A DNA stretch of 64,000 nt. Origin: an uncultured Armatimonadia bacterium (GTDB taxonomy: Bacteria; Armatimonadota; Zipacnadia; CAVVLO01). Made by a program: the position numbers and the translations under genes. The notes under the pieces are model-generated. The model was not told where the DNA came from. It worked only from the letters and a program-made list of their open reading frames with translations, and did no database searches. Shown here in pieces: positions 1-9,144 of the stretch; positions within the stretch are counted from its first letter, which is position 1; each line of letters starts with the position of its first letter. Where the stretch lies: assembly GCA_963749155.1 (NCBI GenBank), contig CAVVLO010000003.1, forward strand, positions 160,001 to 224,000, given 5' to 3'.

Positions 1-761
1 ACTCCAAGCCGGTAGGTCGCTTCCACCGCCTCGACGAAACGAGGCTGCTCGGTAAGTAAACCATACAGAAGCAGGCCCCGGAGAGTGCCATGATAGGAAT
101 GGTTATGGCCGACATTCTCACTATCAAGTATCTCTGCCCTGACTTTGCCATCTGGACTTATCGTCTGGGCCAGGTGATGGTCGGCGATACGCTTTGCCAG
201 GTGTAAGACCCGGTCTTCTCCAGTGGCTTCATACAGCCAGACCAGGGCTTCCAGACTCCGCCCACTGGTCGCAGTAGCGTCAAACCAGCCCTCGCGCCTG
301 GGTTCTGTGTGGGAGGGGTCAGTGGTCAGCGGGGCAAGGCCCCAACTACCCAACCGGGTGAAATCGAAGCTGCCATCCGCCTGCAGGGCGCGGTTCATTG
401 CTTCGACCAGCCGCAAGCCTGCCTTATAAGCTGCCTGGCTTCTCCTATGAGAGACCAGCCCGCCCCAGGCAAGCAGGCTTTCGCGGAAATTGTGCGGATT
501 GATGCACCCACCCCGCTCCGGTGGAGCAATCAGCAAAGCATCGGGATTGGCTGTCAGCCGCTGGAGATTACCCAAAGCAGCCGCTTCGAGTTCGAGGGGT
601 ATCTCAAAGCCGAGGGTCTCTTCCAGTCGAAGCACCGCATCCCACCAGCGGCCCAGGTCATGGGCTACCTCATACCCTTTGGTTGGCAGAAAGCCGTCCT
701 CCGGGTCGAGTATCGCCAATAACGACTGTCCGGCCAAATGGAGAGGGGCTCGCAAATCCAT
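1..761 (-). CDS. Partial hypothetical protein running off the left edge; possible (alpha/alpha)6 glycoside-hydrolase-like (GH127-like) protein
   Basis: Not in the ORF track. Read manually: ATG at 761 after AAGGTGA, MDLRAPLHLAGQSLLAILDPEDG...HDLGRWWDAVLRL, and the same frame at the edge gives ENVGHNHSYHGTLRGLLLYG...VEATYRLG. Family call is weak. Confidence 0.6.
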   Translation of the reverse strand, partial: MDLRAPLHLAGQSLLAILDPEDGFLPTKGYEVAHDLGRWWDAVLRLEETLGFEIPLELEAAALGNLQRLTANPDALLIAPPERGGCINPHNFRESLLAWGGLVSHRRSQAAYKAGLRLVEAMNRALQADGSFDFTRLGSWGLAPLTTDPSHTEPRREGWFDATATSGRSLEALVWLYEATGEDRVLHLAKRIADHHLAQTISPDGKVRAEILDSENVGHNHSYHGTLRGLLLYGLLTEQPRFVEAVEATYRLG

Positions 762-849
762 AAACTCACCTTTGTCAGAGGAGGTTGCTTCAAGTCAGAC
801 TGCTCTGAGCCGCAAGTTCGCCGCCGGCGACGAGGTGCCTCCCAGGTCG

Positions 850-1749
850 TCAGTCCAGGCTGGCGTCCGCATAACCCACATGCTGCCCTGAGCGCGCGAA
901 GGGGGCCTGGCGCTTGCCGACCAGCGCTTCGGCGCGCTCCATATACCACTGCCCTTGCTTGTAATTGGCAAGCTGGATCACTGGCAAGGTCACAGGCTGC
1001 TCCCCCATCTCCCCTGCCTCTTCAAAGCTGCTGCTGAAGACCACCTTTTCGACGCCAGCCTCTGATACAGGCCCGCCTGACACGTCATCGAAGTAGACGA
1101 TTGGTCTGGCATCAGGGGCTGCGTCCGGCGCCATCAGGCTGCGGCCGCGCATCGAAAACACGTAGAAGGTCATCGCGCGGTCGCTGAAGGGGATGTAGTT
1201 GGGATAGTCGAGCTCCAGGCCTTTCAAGTCAAACTTCCTGGAAAGCCCTGGCCCCTCCACTGTGAAGCTGCAATACTCGCGAGTTGCGAAATCCGCCTCG
1301 GTGCGAAATCGGTACCAGCTCCCCGGCTTTAGTGGCTGGCCGAGGTCGAGCAGCTTCCAGGTGCGGTCTTTGCTTGGAGTGCCGGCCCTGGTGGCCTCGG
1401 TGCCAGTCGCCACCCACACCGTGCCGGTGCGCTGCAGGCCGACAAGCGCCATCCAGTCGCCCCCCTTGATGTAGAGCGGATTGGCGACCCCTTCGACAAA
1501 TTCCTGGTCGATGCCAAAGATCACATCGTCAGGCAAATCAGGCTCGAAATACACGTAAGCCTGCACGAAAGAGCGACCAGGCTGTTTCAGGAAGGCTTCG
1601 ATGGCCTGCCCTTCGCTTAGCAGGGCGACCGCGCAACTCAGTCTAGAGTCTCTCTTATGACTCAGTCCTAGCCCAACCAGCAACAAACAAGCGGCCAGCA
1701 GCAGTAACATCACTTTCTTCTTCCTCGGCAGGCGCATAAAAAAGCCCAT
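850..1749 (-). CDS. Exported or membrane-anchored hypothetical protein
   Basis: 299-aa ORF; basic N-terminus followed by a hydrophobic stretch (RKKKVMLLLLAACLLLVGLGL); beta-rich body. Start uncertain. Confidence 0.7.
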   Translation of the reverse strand: MGFFMRLPRKKKVMLLLLAACLLLVGLGLSHKRDSRLSCAVALLSEGQAIEAFLKQPGRSFVQAYVYFEPDLPDDVIFGIDQEFVEGVANPLYIKGGDWMALVGLQRTGTVWVATGTEATRAGTPSKDRTWKLLDLGQPLKPGSWYRFRTEADFATREYCSFTVEGPGLSRKFDLKGLELDYPNYIPFSDRAMTFYVFSMRGRSLMAPDAAPDARPIVYFDDVSGGPVSEAGVEKVVFSSSFEEAGEMGEQPVTLPVIQLANYKQGQWYMERAEALVGKRQAPFARSGQHVGYADASLD

Positions 1750-1784
1750 CCAGACCTCTCAGGCAAGTGGATTTCCTTGTCAGT

Positions 1785-2441
1785 TCACTCACGCCTGAAT
1801 AACGCCGCCACGAAGCCTGCGGTTTCATCGCAGCCTGCGCGCGGCGGCTCGGTCTCCAGTCGCTCTAACTCCGGCCCCTGATAGAGCGTCGAGGCGCAGC
1901 GCTCCAGCCGCAGCCCGGCGTTTGCGGCAAAAGCCGTAAGCTGCTCCAGGCTGAAGAAGGTCGCCTTCGAGTAGTAGTGATGGCCTGCTGCGCCTTTGGC
2001 TGCATACAGCTTGCCCCAGGCGCTGCCCGCAGGGACGAAGCCCAGTATCACCGCGCCTCCCGGCTGGGTGACGCGGGCGGCTTCTTGCAACAAAGCTTCG
2101 GGCTCCTCACAAAAACAGATAGTGACGATAACCAGCACTGCTCCGAAGACCTCATCGCCAAAAGGCAAAGTTTCACCCATCGCCTGGACCACTTTCAGAT
2201 TGCGTTTTACACTGAACTGAAGCGCGCCTCGCGCCGGATCAAGCCCAGCGTCCACTCCTAGTGCTTCACCGAAACGCCCAGTCCCCACGCCGATCTCGAG
2301 CCAGGGCCGCGCAAGGCCGCTGGTGAGCTGGCCCAGGCAGGCAAGCTCCAACTCGAAGAGCACTCGGCCTTCAGGCGTCTCAAACCAGGCGTCATATCGC
2401 GCTGCTTCGTTATCGAAAAGGTCACTGCTCCTTGTACTCAT
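1785..2441 (-). CDS. Class I SAM-dependent methyltransferase
   Basis: Motif I LEIGVGTGRF, GETLPF, LLQEAARVTQPGG; N-terminal YDAWF. Confidence 0.9.
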   Translation of the reverse strand: MSTRSSDLFDNEAARYDAWFETPEGRVLFELELACLGQLTSGLARPWLEIGVGTGRFGEALGVDAGLDPARGALQFSVKRNLKVVQAMGETLPFGDEVFGAVLVIVTICFCEEPEALLQEAARVTQPGGAVILGFVPAGSAWGKLYAAKGAAGHHYYSKATFFSLEQLTAFAANAGLRLERCASTLYQGPELERLETEPPRAGCDETAGFVAALFRRE

Positions 2442-2594
2442 TTCCTTGGCCTGCCAGGTAAGAGGATTCTTGATCGACAGTTTTGAAAATCGGGCTGGGC
2501 GTAAACTAGGTGTTATTTACACAAGCTTTCATGCTATCCTGTCGGCAAACGAAAATATCCTGACGCTTGGTCAACTAAGGTATGAGGCTTGTAG

Positions 2595-3485
2595 ATGAAA
2601 GCATCACTGGAATGTCTGCCCTGTTTTGTGCGTCAGTCGCTCGATGCCATCGCGATGGCTACCGACGATGAGCAGCTTCGCCTGCAATTTTTGCGCGAGG
2701 TGCTTGGCTGGCTCAGTGAATGGGAACTGGAGCTCTCGCCCCCCATCATGGGCCAGCTTGTGCATCGCCGGGTGCGCGAGATTACCGGCCAGGCCGATCC
2801 TTACCGTAAATCAAAACAGGCCCACACTCAACTGGCTCTGGCTCTGCTTCCTGCGCTTCGAGAGCGCGTAGCGGCCTCCGACAACCGGCTCGAGACCGCT
2901 TTGAGACTGGCGGTCGCCGGCAATGCCATTGACCTGGGAGTGAAATCGTCCATCAGCCTTGCCGAAGTGCAGGTCGCGCTCGAAGAAGCCCTCCAGGCCC
3001 CTCTGGGTGGCGATCTGGCTGCTTTTCAACGCGCCACAAGTGAGGCTGCAACCCTCCTCTATCTGGCCGATAACGCTGGAGAACTCGTTTTCGACCGCTT
3101 GCTCATCGAGGAACTTGCCGCGCTGGGCGGGCAGATAACGGTGGCAGTCAGAGGCGCGCCTGTAATCAACGACGCCACTCTGCTCGAGGCGCGCGAAAGC
3201 GGCATTTTCGAGGTAGCCAAAGTTGTTGACAACGGTTCGGATGCCCCAGGCACTCTGCTTGAGGAGACCAGCCCAGCTTTCCAGCGGGCTTTTGCCGAGG
3301 CGGACTTGATTATCGCCAAGGGCCAGGGCAATTTCGAGTCTCTAAGCGAGGTCGAGGCGCCGCTGTTCTTCCTGCTAAAAGCCAAATGTCCCGTAATAGC
3401 CGGCCATCTGGGACAGTCCGTTGGCTCTTATGTGCTGGCGCCCTCGCCCTGGTGGGCCAGAGCCTCGGTAGCGCAGGCGCTCTGA
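2595..3485 (+). CDS. ARMT1/DUF89 family damage-control metal-dependent phosphatase
   Basis: ECLPCF, DPY, AGNAIDLG, LADNAGE, PVINDAT and IAKGQGNFESL motifs. Confidence 0.9.
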   Translation: MKASLECLPCFVRQSLDAIAMATDDEQLRLQFLREVLGWLSEWELELSPPIMGQLVHRRVREITGQADPYRKSKQAHTQLALALLPALRERVAASDNRLETALRLAVAGNAIDLGVKSSISLAEVQVALEEALQAPLGGDLAAFQRATSEAATLLYLADNAGELVFDRLLIEELAALGGQITVAVRGAPVINDATLLEARESGIFEVAKVVDNGSDAPGTLLEETSPAFQRAFAEADLIIAKGQGNFESLSEVEAPLFFLLKAKCPVIAGHLGQSVGSYVLAPSPWWARASVAQAL

Positions 3486-3510
3486 GAAGCTACTGCCCTC
3501 CTGGCATCCG

Positions 3511-4116
3511 CTAGTCCTGCTCAGCCTGCTCGAGCGAGACTGCCCGGTCGAAGAGTTTTAGCAAATGGTCGCGGATATCCTCCGGCCAGTCGGAAATCAG
3601 CTTGGCAAGAGGGCTTCTGCTGCGCGCATAGAGGGCCCGAGAGGCCTCTTCGAAGTCCGGCAGATCGCCCGCCATCGCCCACATAAACTTGCCTGCCGCC
3701 TCGAGCGCCAGTCTGGAGCGCTCTTTGGCGGGCTGAGAGCGCATCGCCTGTTCTACCAGCTTGCGCAGGGCGGCGGACTTCCCGCTTGGCTGGCCTTCGA
3801 GCCATTCCCAGTGCCGCGGAAGCAAGGACACTTCGCGACTGGTCACTCCCAGCCTGGGACGACCAGGGCCGAAGCGCTCAGGATTTGCGTCTTGCTGGAC
3901 AAAACGCGCATCATCGGCCAGGCGCGCAAGTACTTCCTCTGGGGCGCCGCGGAAATCAAAATCCAGCAGCCTGCCTGTCGAATCATCGAAGACCAGCACC
4001 GGCGCCTGCTCGCCCTCATCAATCGCAAGCTTGGCTGCGAGTACCGTCTCGCCCAGGCTTCCCGAGCCAACGAGCTGGGTGCCGGCAAAGGCCACATAGG
4101 TCTGCTCTGCGCTCAT
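3511..4116 (-). CDS. DUF2239 family protein (putative ribbon-helix-helix regulator)
   Basis: Family signature GRPRLGVTSREVSLLPRHWEWL..QPSG.SAALRKLVE and AMAGDLPDFEEASRALY; RBS GGGAG. Confidence 0.88.
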   Translation of the reverse strand: MSAEQTYVAFAGTQLVGSGSLGETVLAAKLAIDEGEQAPVLVFDDSTGRLLDFDFRGAPEEVLARLADDARFVQQDANPERFGPGRPRLGVTSREVSLLPRHWEWLEGQPSGKSAALRKLVEQAMRSQPAKERSRLALEAAGKFMWAMAGDLPDFEEASRALYARSRSPLAKLISDWPEDIRDHLLKLFDRAVSLEQAEQD

Positions 4117-4129
4117 TAGTTTCTCCCGA

Positions 4130-4201
4130 CCACTTTGATTGGGAGCAATATTACCCAGTATAAATACAATTAGTCAATTATTACTGGGTAAAAAAGCGCA
4201 C
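4130..4201. repeat. Direct repeat A, copy 1 (promoter/operator module)
   Basis: CCACTTTGATTGGGAGCAATATTACCCAGTATAAATAC-(11 nt)-TATTACTGGGTAAAAAAGCGCAC; both flanks are identical to 5914-5986. Confidence 0.95.
4147..4191 (-). promoter_or_regulatory. Sigma70-type promoter of the DUF2239 gene, overlapped by two inverted operator-like boxes
   Basis: Minus strand TTGACT-18 nt-TAATAT; boxes TTACCCAGTA (4151-4160) and TTACTGGGTAA (4181-4191). Confidence 0.65.
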
Positions 4202-4212
4202 GGAGAGGGAGA

Positions 4213-4273
4213 GGGGCAACTTGCTCCTGGCTAGGCAAGCCCTCTCGGCTTGTTAGCCAAAGGGCGACGCCCC
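4213..4273. terminator. Long imperfect hairpin downstream of the 4284-4868 gene (terminator or REP-like)
   Basis: GGGGC..TTGCTC.TGGCTAG.CAAGCC-loop-GGCTTG.TAGCCA..GGGCGA.GCCCC. Confidence 0.45.
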
Positions 4274-4283
4274 AGCCACCAGG

Positions 4284-4868
4284 TCAATTCTCCTCGATAT
4301 CGAACAAGAAGGTGCAAGGATGTTTCCCGCCGCTACTCAGCGCAGAGGAGCGCACTGTGCAGGAGAGTCGACAACCCAGTGCGATTTGCAGGTGGTGCTT
4401 TACATGCCCGCCGCAGCAATAACAATAGGTGATGGAGACCGGCTCCTTTGCTTTACTAAGGCAGACGCAGCCGTAGGTTGCTTGCCCCTCGGGGGCAAAG
4501 CGGACGAGGATGCGGCCGTCAGCCTCTCTGGTGACACTGTGGCCGAAGACGAACCGGGTTTCGTTCGCTGCCGCGATGCGTTCCTCAAGTGTTGCGTGCT
4601 CCTTTGCGATTGCCTTACTGAGCTGCAACCTTTTCCCGCCGAGACAACAAGCGCACTTCTCGAGCACAGCGTGTCGGGTCGCGGCATCGAGCTGCGCATC
4701 CATGCGGCCCATTGCCTCCCGCATCCAGGCTGCCTTATGCTCCGGCGACGCGCCCCGTAAAAGCAACTCGCCACCAGCGAGGAGCTGGTCTCTTAGCTCT
4801 TCTGCCACTCCTAATGCTTCCAGGCTGTTCGCCAGTTGGCGAACCCGTCCATGCTCATATTCCGGCAT
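4284..4868 (-). CDS. Cys-rich DUF6144/V4R-like protein
   Basis: CACC, CVC, YCYCCGGHVK and terminal GGKHPCTF motifs; RBS AGGAGG. Confidence 0.7.
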   Translation of the reverse strand: MPEYEHGRVRQLANSLEALGVAEELRDQLLAGGELLLRGASPEHKAAWMREAMGRMDAQLDAATRHAVLEKCACCLGGKRLQLSKAIAKEHATLEERIAAANETRFVFGHSVTREADGRILVRFAPEGQATYGCVCLSKAKEPVSITYCYCCGGHVKHHLQIALGCRLSCTVRSSALSSGGKHPCTFLFDIEEN

Positions 4869-4883
4869 ACAAATCGCCCTCCT

Positions 4884-4936
4884 GCCGGCAAGTATAGGCT
4901 TGATAAGGCCACTTATCGATGTTCTTTCCTCACCCT
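4884..4936 (-). repeat. Direct repeat B, copy 1 (duplicated promoter)
   Basis: 46 of 53 nt identical to 5851-5903; on the minus strand contains TCGATA-17 nt-TATACT. Confidence 0.9.
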
Positions 4937-4990
4937 CTACTCCTGACTACTTCACCTGGAAGCACTACTAATCCTTCTGAAAAAGTTGAC

Positions 4991-5010
4991 AATATTTACT
5001 GGGTAATATT
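4991..5010. promoter_or_regulatory. Isolated operator-like palindrome
   Basis: AATATTTACTGGGTAATATT, with the same core as the boxes in repeat A. Confidence 0.65.
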
Positions 5011-5036
5011 AGCTGCGGCGTCAGCTAAAAAAAAGC

Positions 5037-5783
5037 CTACTGAGCTGCTTTCTCTGCCACGACCATCAGTTCGAACTCATCCAGTTTGATGGCGCGCTTG
5101 CCCCACTCACCCGCGGTGCCACCCCACAGGTGCAGGACGGAAAAGCCCGCGAGCTGGAAGAGCAGCTTGAGTTCGGTGGGCGTGAAGGAGCGCTCTCGCA
5201 ATAGGAGCGGGGGCTCTCCTTCACCAAGTGGGAATTCGGTGACAGTGCTCATCGTCAGTGGATCGAATAGCCCCTGCTCGACGTCTTCGTCCGAGCGCTC
5301 CCGGATCATCTTGAAGGCACTGAGCGCGTTGAAGACCGCCTTGCCGCCCGGCTTCAGGCAGCCGTGGAGGTTGCGCAGGATGGCGAGTGGTTGCTCGATG
5401 GGGTCGTCGGTCGCGCCCAGCAAGCCGAAGGAGCCCTCGCACAGGCATATAGCGGCGTCGAATTGCTTGTCCAGCGCGAAACTGGTCGCGTCGGCCTGAA
5501 TCCACTGGACTTCGACCCCTGCGTCCTCGGCTTTGGCGCGCGCCTGGGAGAGCATCCCGGAGGAGATGTCCAGGCCCGTAACCGCTAAGCCACGCTTCGC
5601 GAGCTCGACGGAGTGGCGACCTGTGCCACAACCGACGTCCAGAAGAGAAGCACCAGGGGCAAGCTGGAGCAGGTGAAGCAGAAACTCCACCTCGTTTGCC
5701 GTGTTTTGGGTGAAGCAGAGCGCGTCGTATTCGGGCGCTTCGATGTCGTGGAACTGCTGCCAGGCGTTGTTGCTAGTTTCCAT
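5037..5783 (-). CDS. Class I SAM-dependent methyltransferase
   Basis: LLDVGCGTGRHS, TGLDIS, QADA, FDAAICL, LKPGG. Confidence 0.92.
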   Translation of the reverse strand: METSNNAWQQFHDIEAPEYDALCFTQNTANEVEFLLHLLQLAPGASLLDVGCGTGRHSVELAKRGLAVTGLDISSGMLSQARAKAEDAGVEVQWIQADATSFALDKQFDAAICLCEGSFGLLGATDDPIEQPLAILRNLHGCLKPGGKAVFNALSAFKMIRERSDEDVEQGLFDPLTMSTVTEFPLGEGEPPLLLRERSFTPTELKLLFQLAGFSVLHLWGGTAGEWGKRAIKLDEFELMVVAEKAAQ

Positions 5784-5850
5784 AGGGAGTCCTCTTCTCG
5801 TCCAGAGCTAACCTCACAAGCACGGGCAATCTATATCAGAGACGGCCGCG

Positions 5851-5903
5851 GCCGGCAAGTATAGGCTTGGTAAATCCCTTTATCGATCTTCTTTCCTCAT
5901 CCT
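5851..5903 (-). repeat. Direct repeat B, copy 2
   Basis: GCCGGCAAGTATAGGCTTG...TTATCGAT.TTCTTTCCTCA.CCT, matches 4884-4936. Confidence 0.9.
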
Positions 5904-5913
5904 GGACTCTCTG

Positions 5914-5986
5914 CCACTTTGATTGGGAGCAATATTACCCAGTATAAATACCAATAAGACTATTATTACTGGGTAAAAAAGCGCAC
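5914..5986. repeat. Direct repeat A, copy 2; overlaps the last codons of the upstream gene
   Basis: Matches 4130-4201 except in the central 11-12 nt; encodes VRFFTQ-stop of the 5966-9144 gene. Confidence 0.95.
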
Positions 5987-8900
5987 AGACAGCTCTCCCT
6001 CATGCCAGTACCAGCAGGGGGTGCGCGATTCAAGCGCTGCCTCAAGCCCGTTTGCCAGGATCGCCTGCCTGCCCTGCACCTCAACAGCTACTGGCTTCTG
6101 GGGCCAGCGCCCGCTGAAGACATAATCGCCTGCTGGCAGGTCTACCACCAGTTCGACCGCGCCTGGCTTGTTTTCTCTCAGCCTTGCCGGCCCCTGCCCC
6201 TGGGGCATATGGAAGACGCTTTGAGCGGGTACCTGGCCATTATATTCCGGATACGCGAAATTGGCCGTCTTCGGGTCGTAAAGCTCATGGGCAGCACAAT
6301 AAGCATAGGTCGAGTCCACGAGCCTGAGGGCGCGCTGCTGTAACTGGGTATCTCCCTTCACGACAGCCCACTCGAAAAGGCGACGACCGAGGGCCACCCA
6401 GTTGAACTCGAGCCCCCAGGGCTGCTCTTTTTCGCCAACCAGCAGCAACCCATCGCGCTCGAAGAGTCTGGAAGCAATCCAGCCCTCGATACAGGCATCC
6501 GCCGCCTGCTTGTACTGCTCCTCGCCCGTGTCGAGATAGTATTCTCTGAGAGCCGAGAGCGAGGCCAGGGTGGTGTGCAGGCCATACCAGCTATCTACGC
6601 CCCACCCGCCCTCGGTATTGGCGTCCAGCCAGACGGCACAGAAGCCGCCCTCTTGTTCGGGGCGTTGATTTTGCTGGACAAGAAACTCCATCGCGCGCTT
6701 GCCGAAGGCCAGATACTCCTCTTTGCCTGTGAAGCGGTAAAGCCTGAGCAACTGGAAGGCCAGTTCCGCGACGTTTTCGGCCCTTACCGGGTAGTCACGG
6801 TAGATAAAGGCTCCCTCTGGCCCAAGTGGATTATGGGCAAGCCGCGAGAAGGGCGCCTCCAGGCTGAAAGGACTGACCTGGCAGACATACCGCGCCGAAT
6901 GTTCAGCCCGCGCCAGGGCGCTGACATCGCCCGTGGCCTCAAAAAGCACAAGCTCGTTGCGCAGGCCGGTCAGCCCGGCCGAACAGAAATCCGACGCCAG
7001 ACCGTAAAGTTCGGCCCGCCGCCAGTAGTCGCCGCAAGGCGTCAGCAGTTCCTCGGCCTGGAAATTGCCGACGTTGCTCATAAACTCAAGCAGTCGCTCA
7101 TCACCTGTCAGCCGATACCAGTCCTGCATTATGTCGAGGGTCGGACTTTCAAAAATCCAGTGATGATCGAACTCCAGCAGCGCATCGCCCAGGCCGTGGA
7201 AGCCCCTGCCAAGCCGCGCCAGGTTACGCGCCCAACTGTAGCTCGAGTCCTGACTCGACCAGACGCGCCAGGCCTCAGAAGCCCTTACGAGCAGCAGGTC
7301 AGACCGCTCCTCGGGCTGGCGTTTGCCCTCTGAACCCGGCAGCCAGGGCCATTGGCCCTCGATGTTTACTGTTGCGGGCCAGGATTCAACCTGAAGCTCA
7401 GGCCTTCTGGCCAGGGCGCGTTGCCAGCGGCTTGCCAACCGGCCTGAGTGGAACAGGCCCTTCGACCACCTGGATTTGCGCCGGCGTCGGAAGCACGAGG
7501 AAAGCCCAGTTGGCGAGCTCCTCAGCGCTAGTAAGGGTAAGCAAACCGGAGCGATACACCTCGGGCAGATGACTGATTGCGAAGCGCTGGGCGGCCGCAA
7601 GCTGGGTAGCCAGGCCGGCTTCGCCCTTGCCGGCGGGCACCAGGATGAAGGCGAATCCGGTTGGCGAGCTGACCTTGGCGGCTTTGAATCTGAAAGCCAG
7701 TTTGCGCCCCTCGGCCGTTAGCTCGGAGATATTGCCTGTTAGGGGCATCGCCAGGAGTTCAGTGTCATCCCAAAGCAGGCGCTCGGGCAGGCCGGCGCCA
7801 GTCGCTTCAAAGGGCTGGTTGAAGTTGAACTGGTAGGAGAACTCGACATCCCTCAGCGCGCCAGCCTGCGGGCGCAGGATAAAGGCATACAGCAGGGCGT
7901 TCTGGCCAATCGGGAAGACATAATTGACGCACAGCCACTCGGGCTGCTCTCGCTCCTCGGTAAAGACGCGGATCCACTGGTAGAGGGACTCCTCAGCGTT
8001 CATATGAGTGCCGCGCACCGAATAGCACAGGCGTAGGTCGCCGTTGCGCGCAAGCTTTGCCGTGCGGTTATTCCAGTCAAGCTGGCCAGAACTGTTTTTG
8101 AGGATATCTACCGCCTTGCCTTGCTCCGGCTTGACGAGCAACGTGCTCTCGCCAAAGGAGCCCAAATCTCCAAGCAGCACCTTGTGGAGTGGCGCCCCTC
8201 CGATTACTCCGCGCCAAAAACTGAATTGATCGCGCTGGAGGGTCGTCTCCACCTCGGGCACAGGCCAGGGGGTATCCCACGGCGCCCCGGCAAGCAGACT
8301 GACGACGTTTGCGGCCGTGTCGGCAGGCTCGACGCAAGGGCCAAGATAGCCAAGCTGACCAGCGCCTACCTTCACCAGCGCGGCATCAACGAGGCGCTCG
8401 CCCTCTTCGGGGTGATATTCGAGCAGGGAGAGATACTCGTTATTCCAGTCCTTCAGCAGTTGCAGCCTGATGCCTCGCTCTGCGCTGACAGGATGGAGCC
8501 CAAGCCGCTTCCCAAGCCTGGACTCCCAGTTGGAAGTGTGAGGCGCCAGGCCCGAGGTATGAGGCTCGATATTGCAGTTTGCGACGGTTATCCACTCATC
8601 CCAGATACGCTGCAGGTCCAGATCAGTTATCTCGCTAGCCAGCGGGCCGGGCTGCGAGATACGTAGTGGCAGCCCTTGGCCAACCCAGATAAAGCGCGCC
8701 CCCTTAATCAGCAGCTCCTCCAGCGGGATGGAGCGGCGCGTTGGGCCTTGCCACCAGGAGGTCGGGGGAAGACAGTCCACCCCCATATAGGGCAGCGTGT
8801 AGAGTCGCGAATGGTCGTAGATTTCCCCATCGCCGTCAGGGTCCACGAGGACATCGGGGGCCGCATTGCCTTCATGCGCGACAATAATCAGCGTATAAGC

Positions 8901-9144
8901 TTTCTTGCCCCCGGTCAGCGCGCCGAGGCCCACTGCATCAACCGCAAGAGGGGCGAGCTTTGCTGCTTGCAGCTCCGCCTCGAGGGTCTTTACGAGTTGG
9001 AACTCCTCCTCTAGTGTAATAACGCTCATCCGCGAAGAGGTACAGCTTCTCGGGCGAGGCGACTGCCAGGCTAGAGCTCAGCACCAGGGCAAAGGCCAGT
9101 ATTGCCAGCGCGCCAATCAGACTCGAAATCCTGCCAGAACGCAT
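5966..9144 (-). CDS. Large secreted protein (about 1060 aa) with a probable C-terminal (alpha/alpha)6 glycosidase-like barrel; two apparent frameshifts
   Basis: Signal peptide MRSGRISSLIGALAILAFALVLSSSLAVA starts at ATG 9144 (TGATG overlap with the upstream stop). Joins ORF 7398-9029 at about 9012 and ORF 5966-7600 at about 7420. Recurrent L..LY..TG.E.Y helical hairpin motifs. Confidence 0.65.

Noticed and set aside
4170..4201. Xer dif-like site in repeat A
   Set aside because: Only GTGCGC resembles the XerC arm; there is no XerD arm or 11-6-11 layout.
4213..4273. Integron attC site
   Set aside because: The GGCTAAC...GTTGCCC span is too short, no similar site follows the adjacent genes, and there is no intI.
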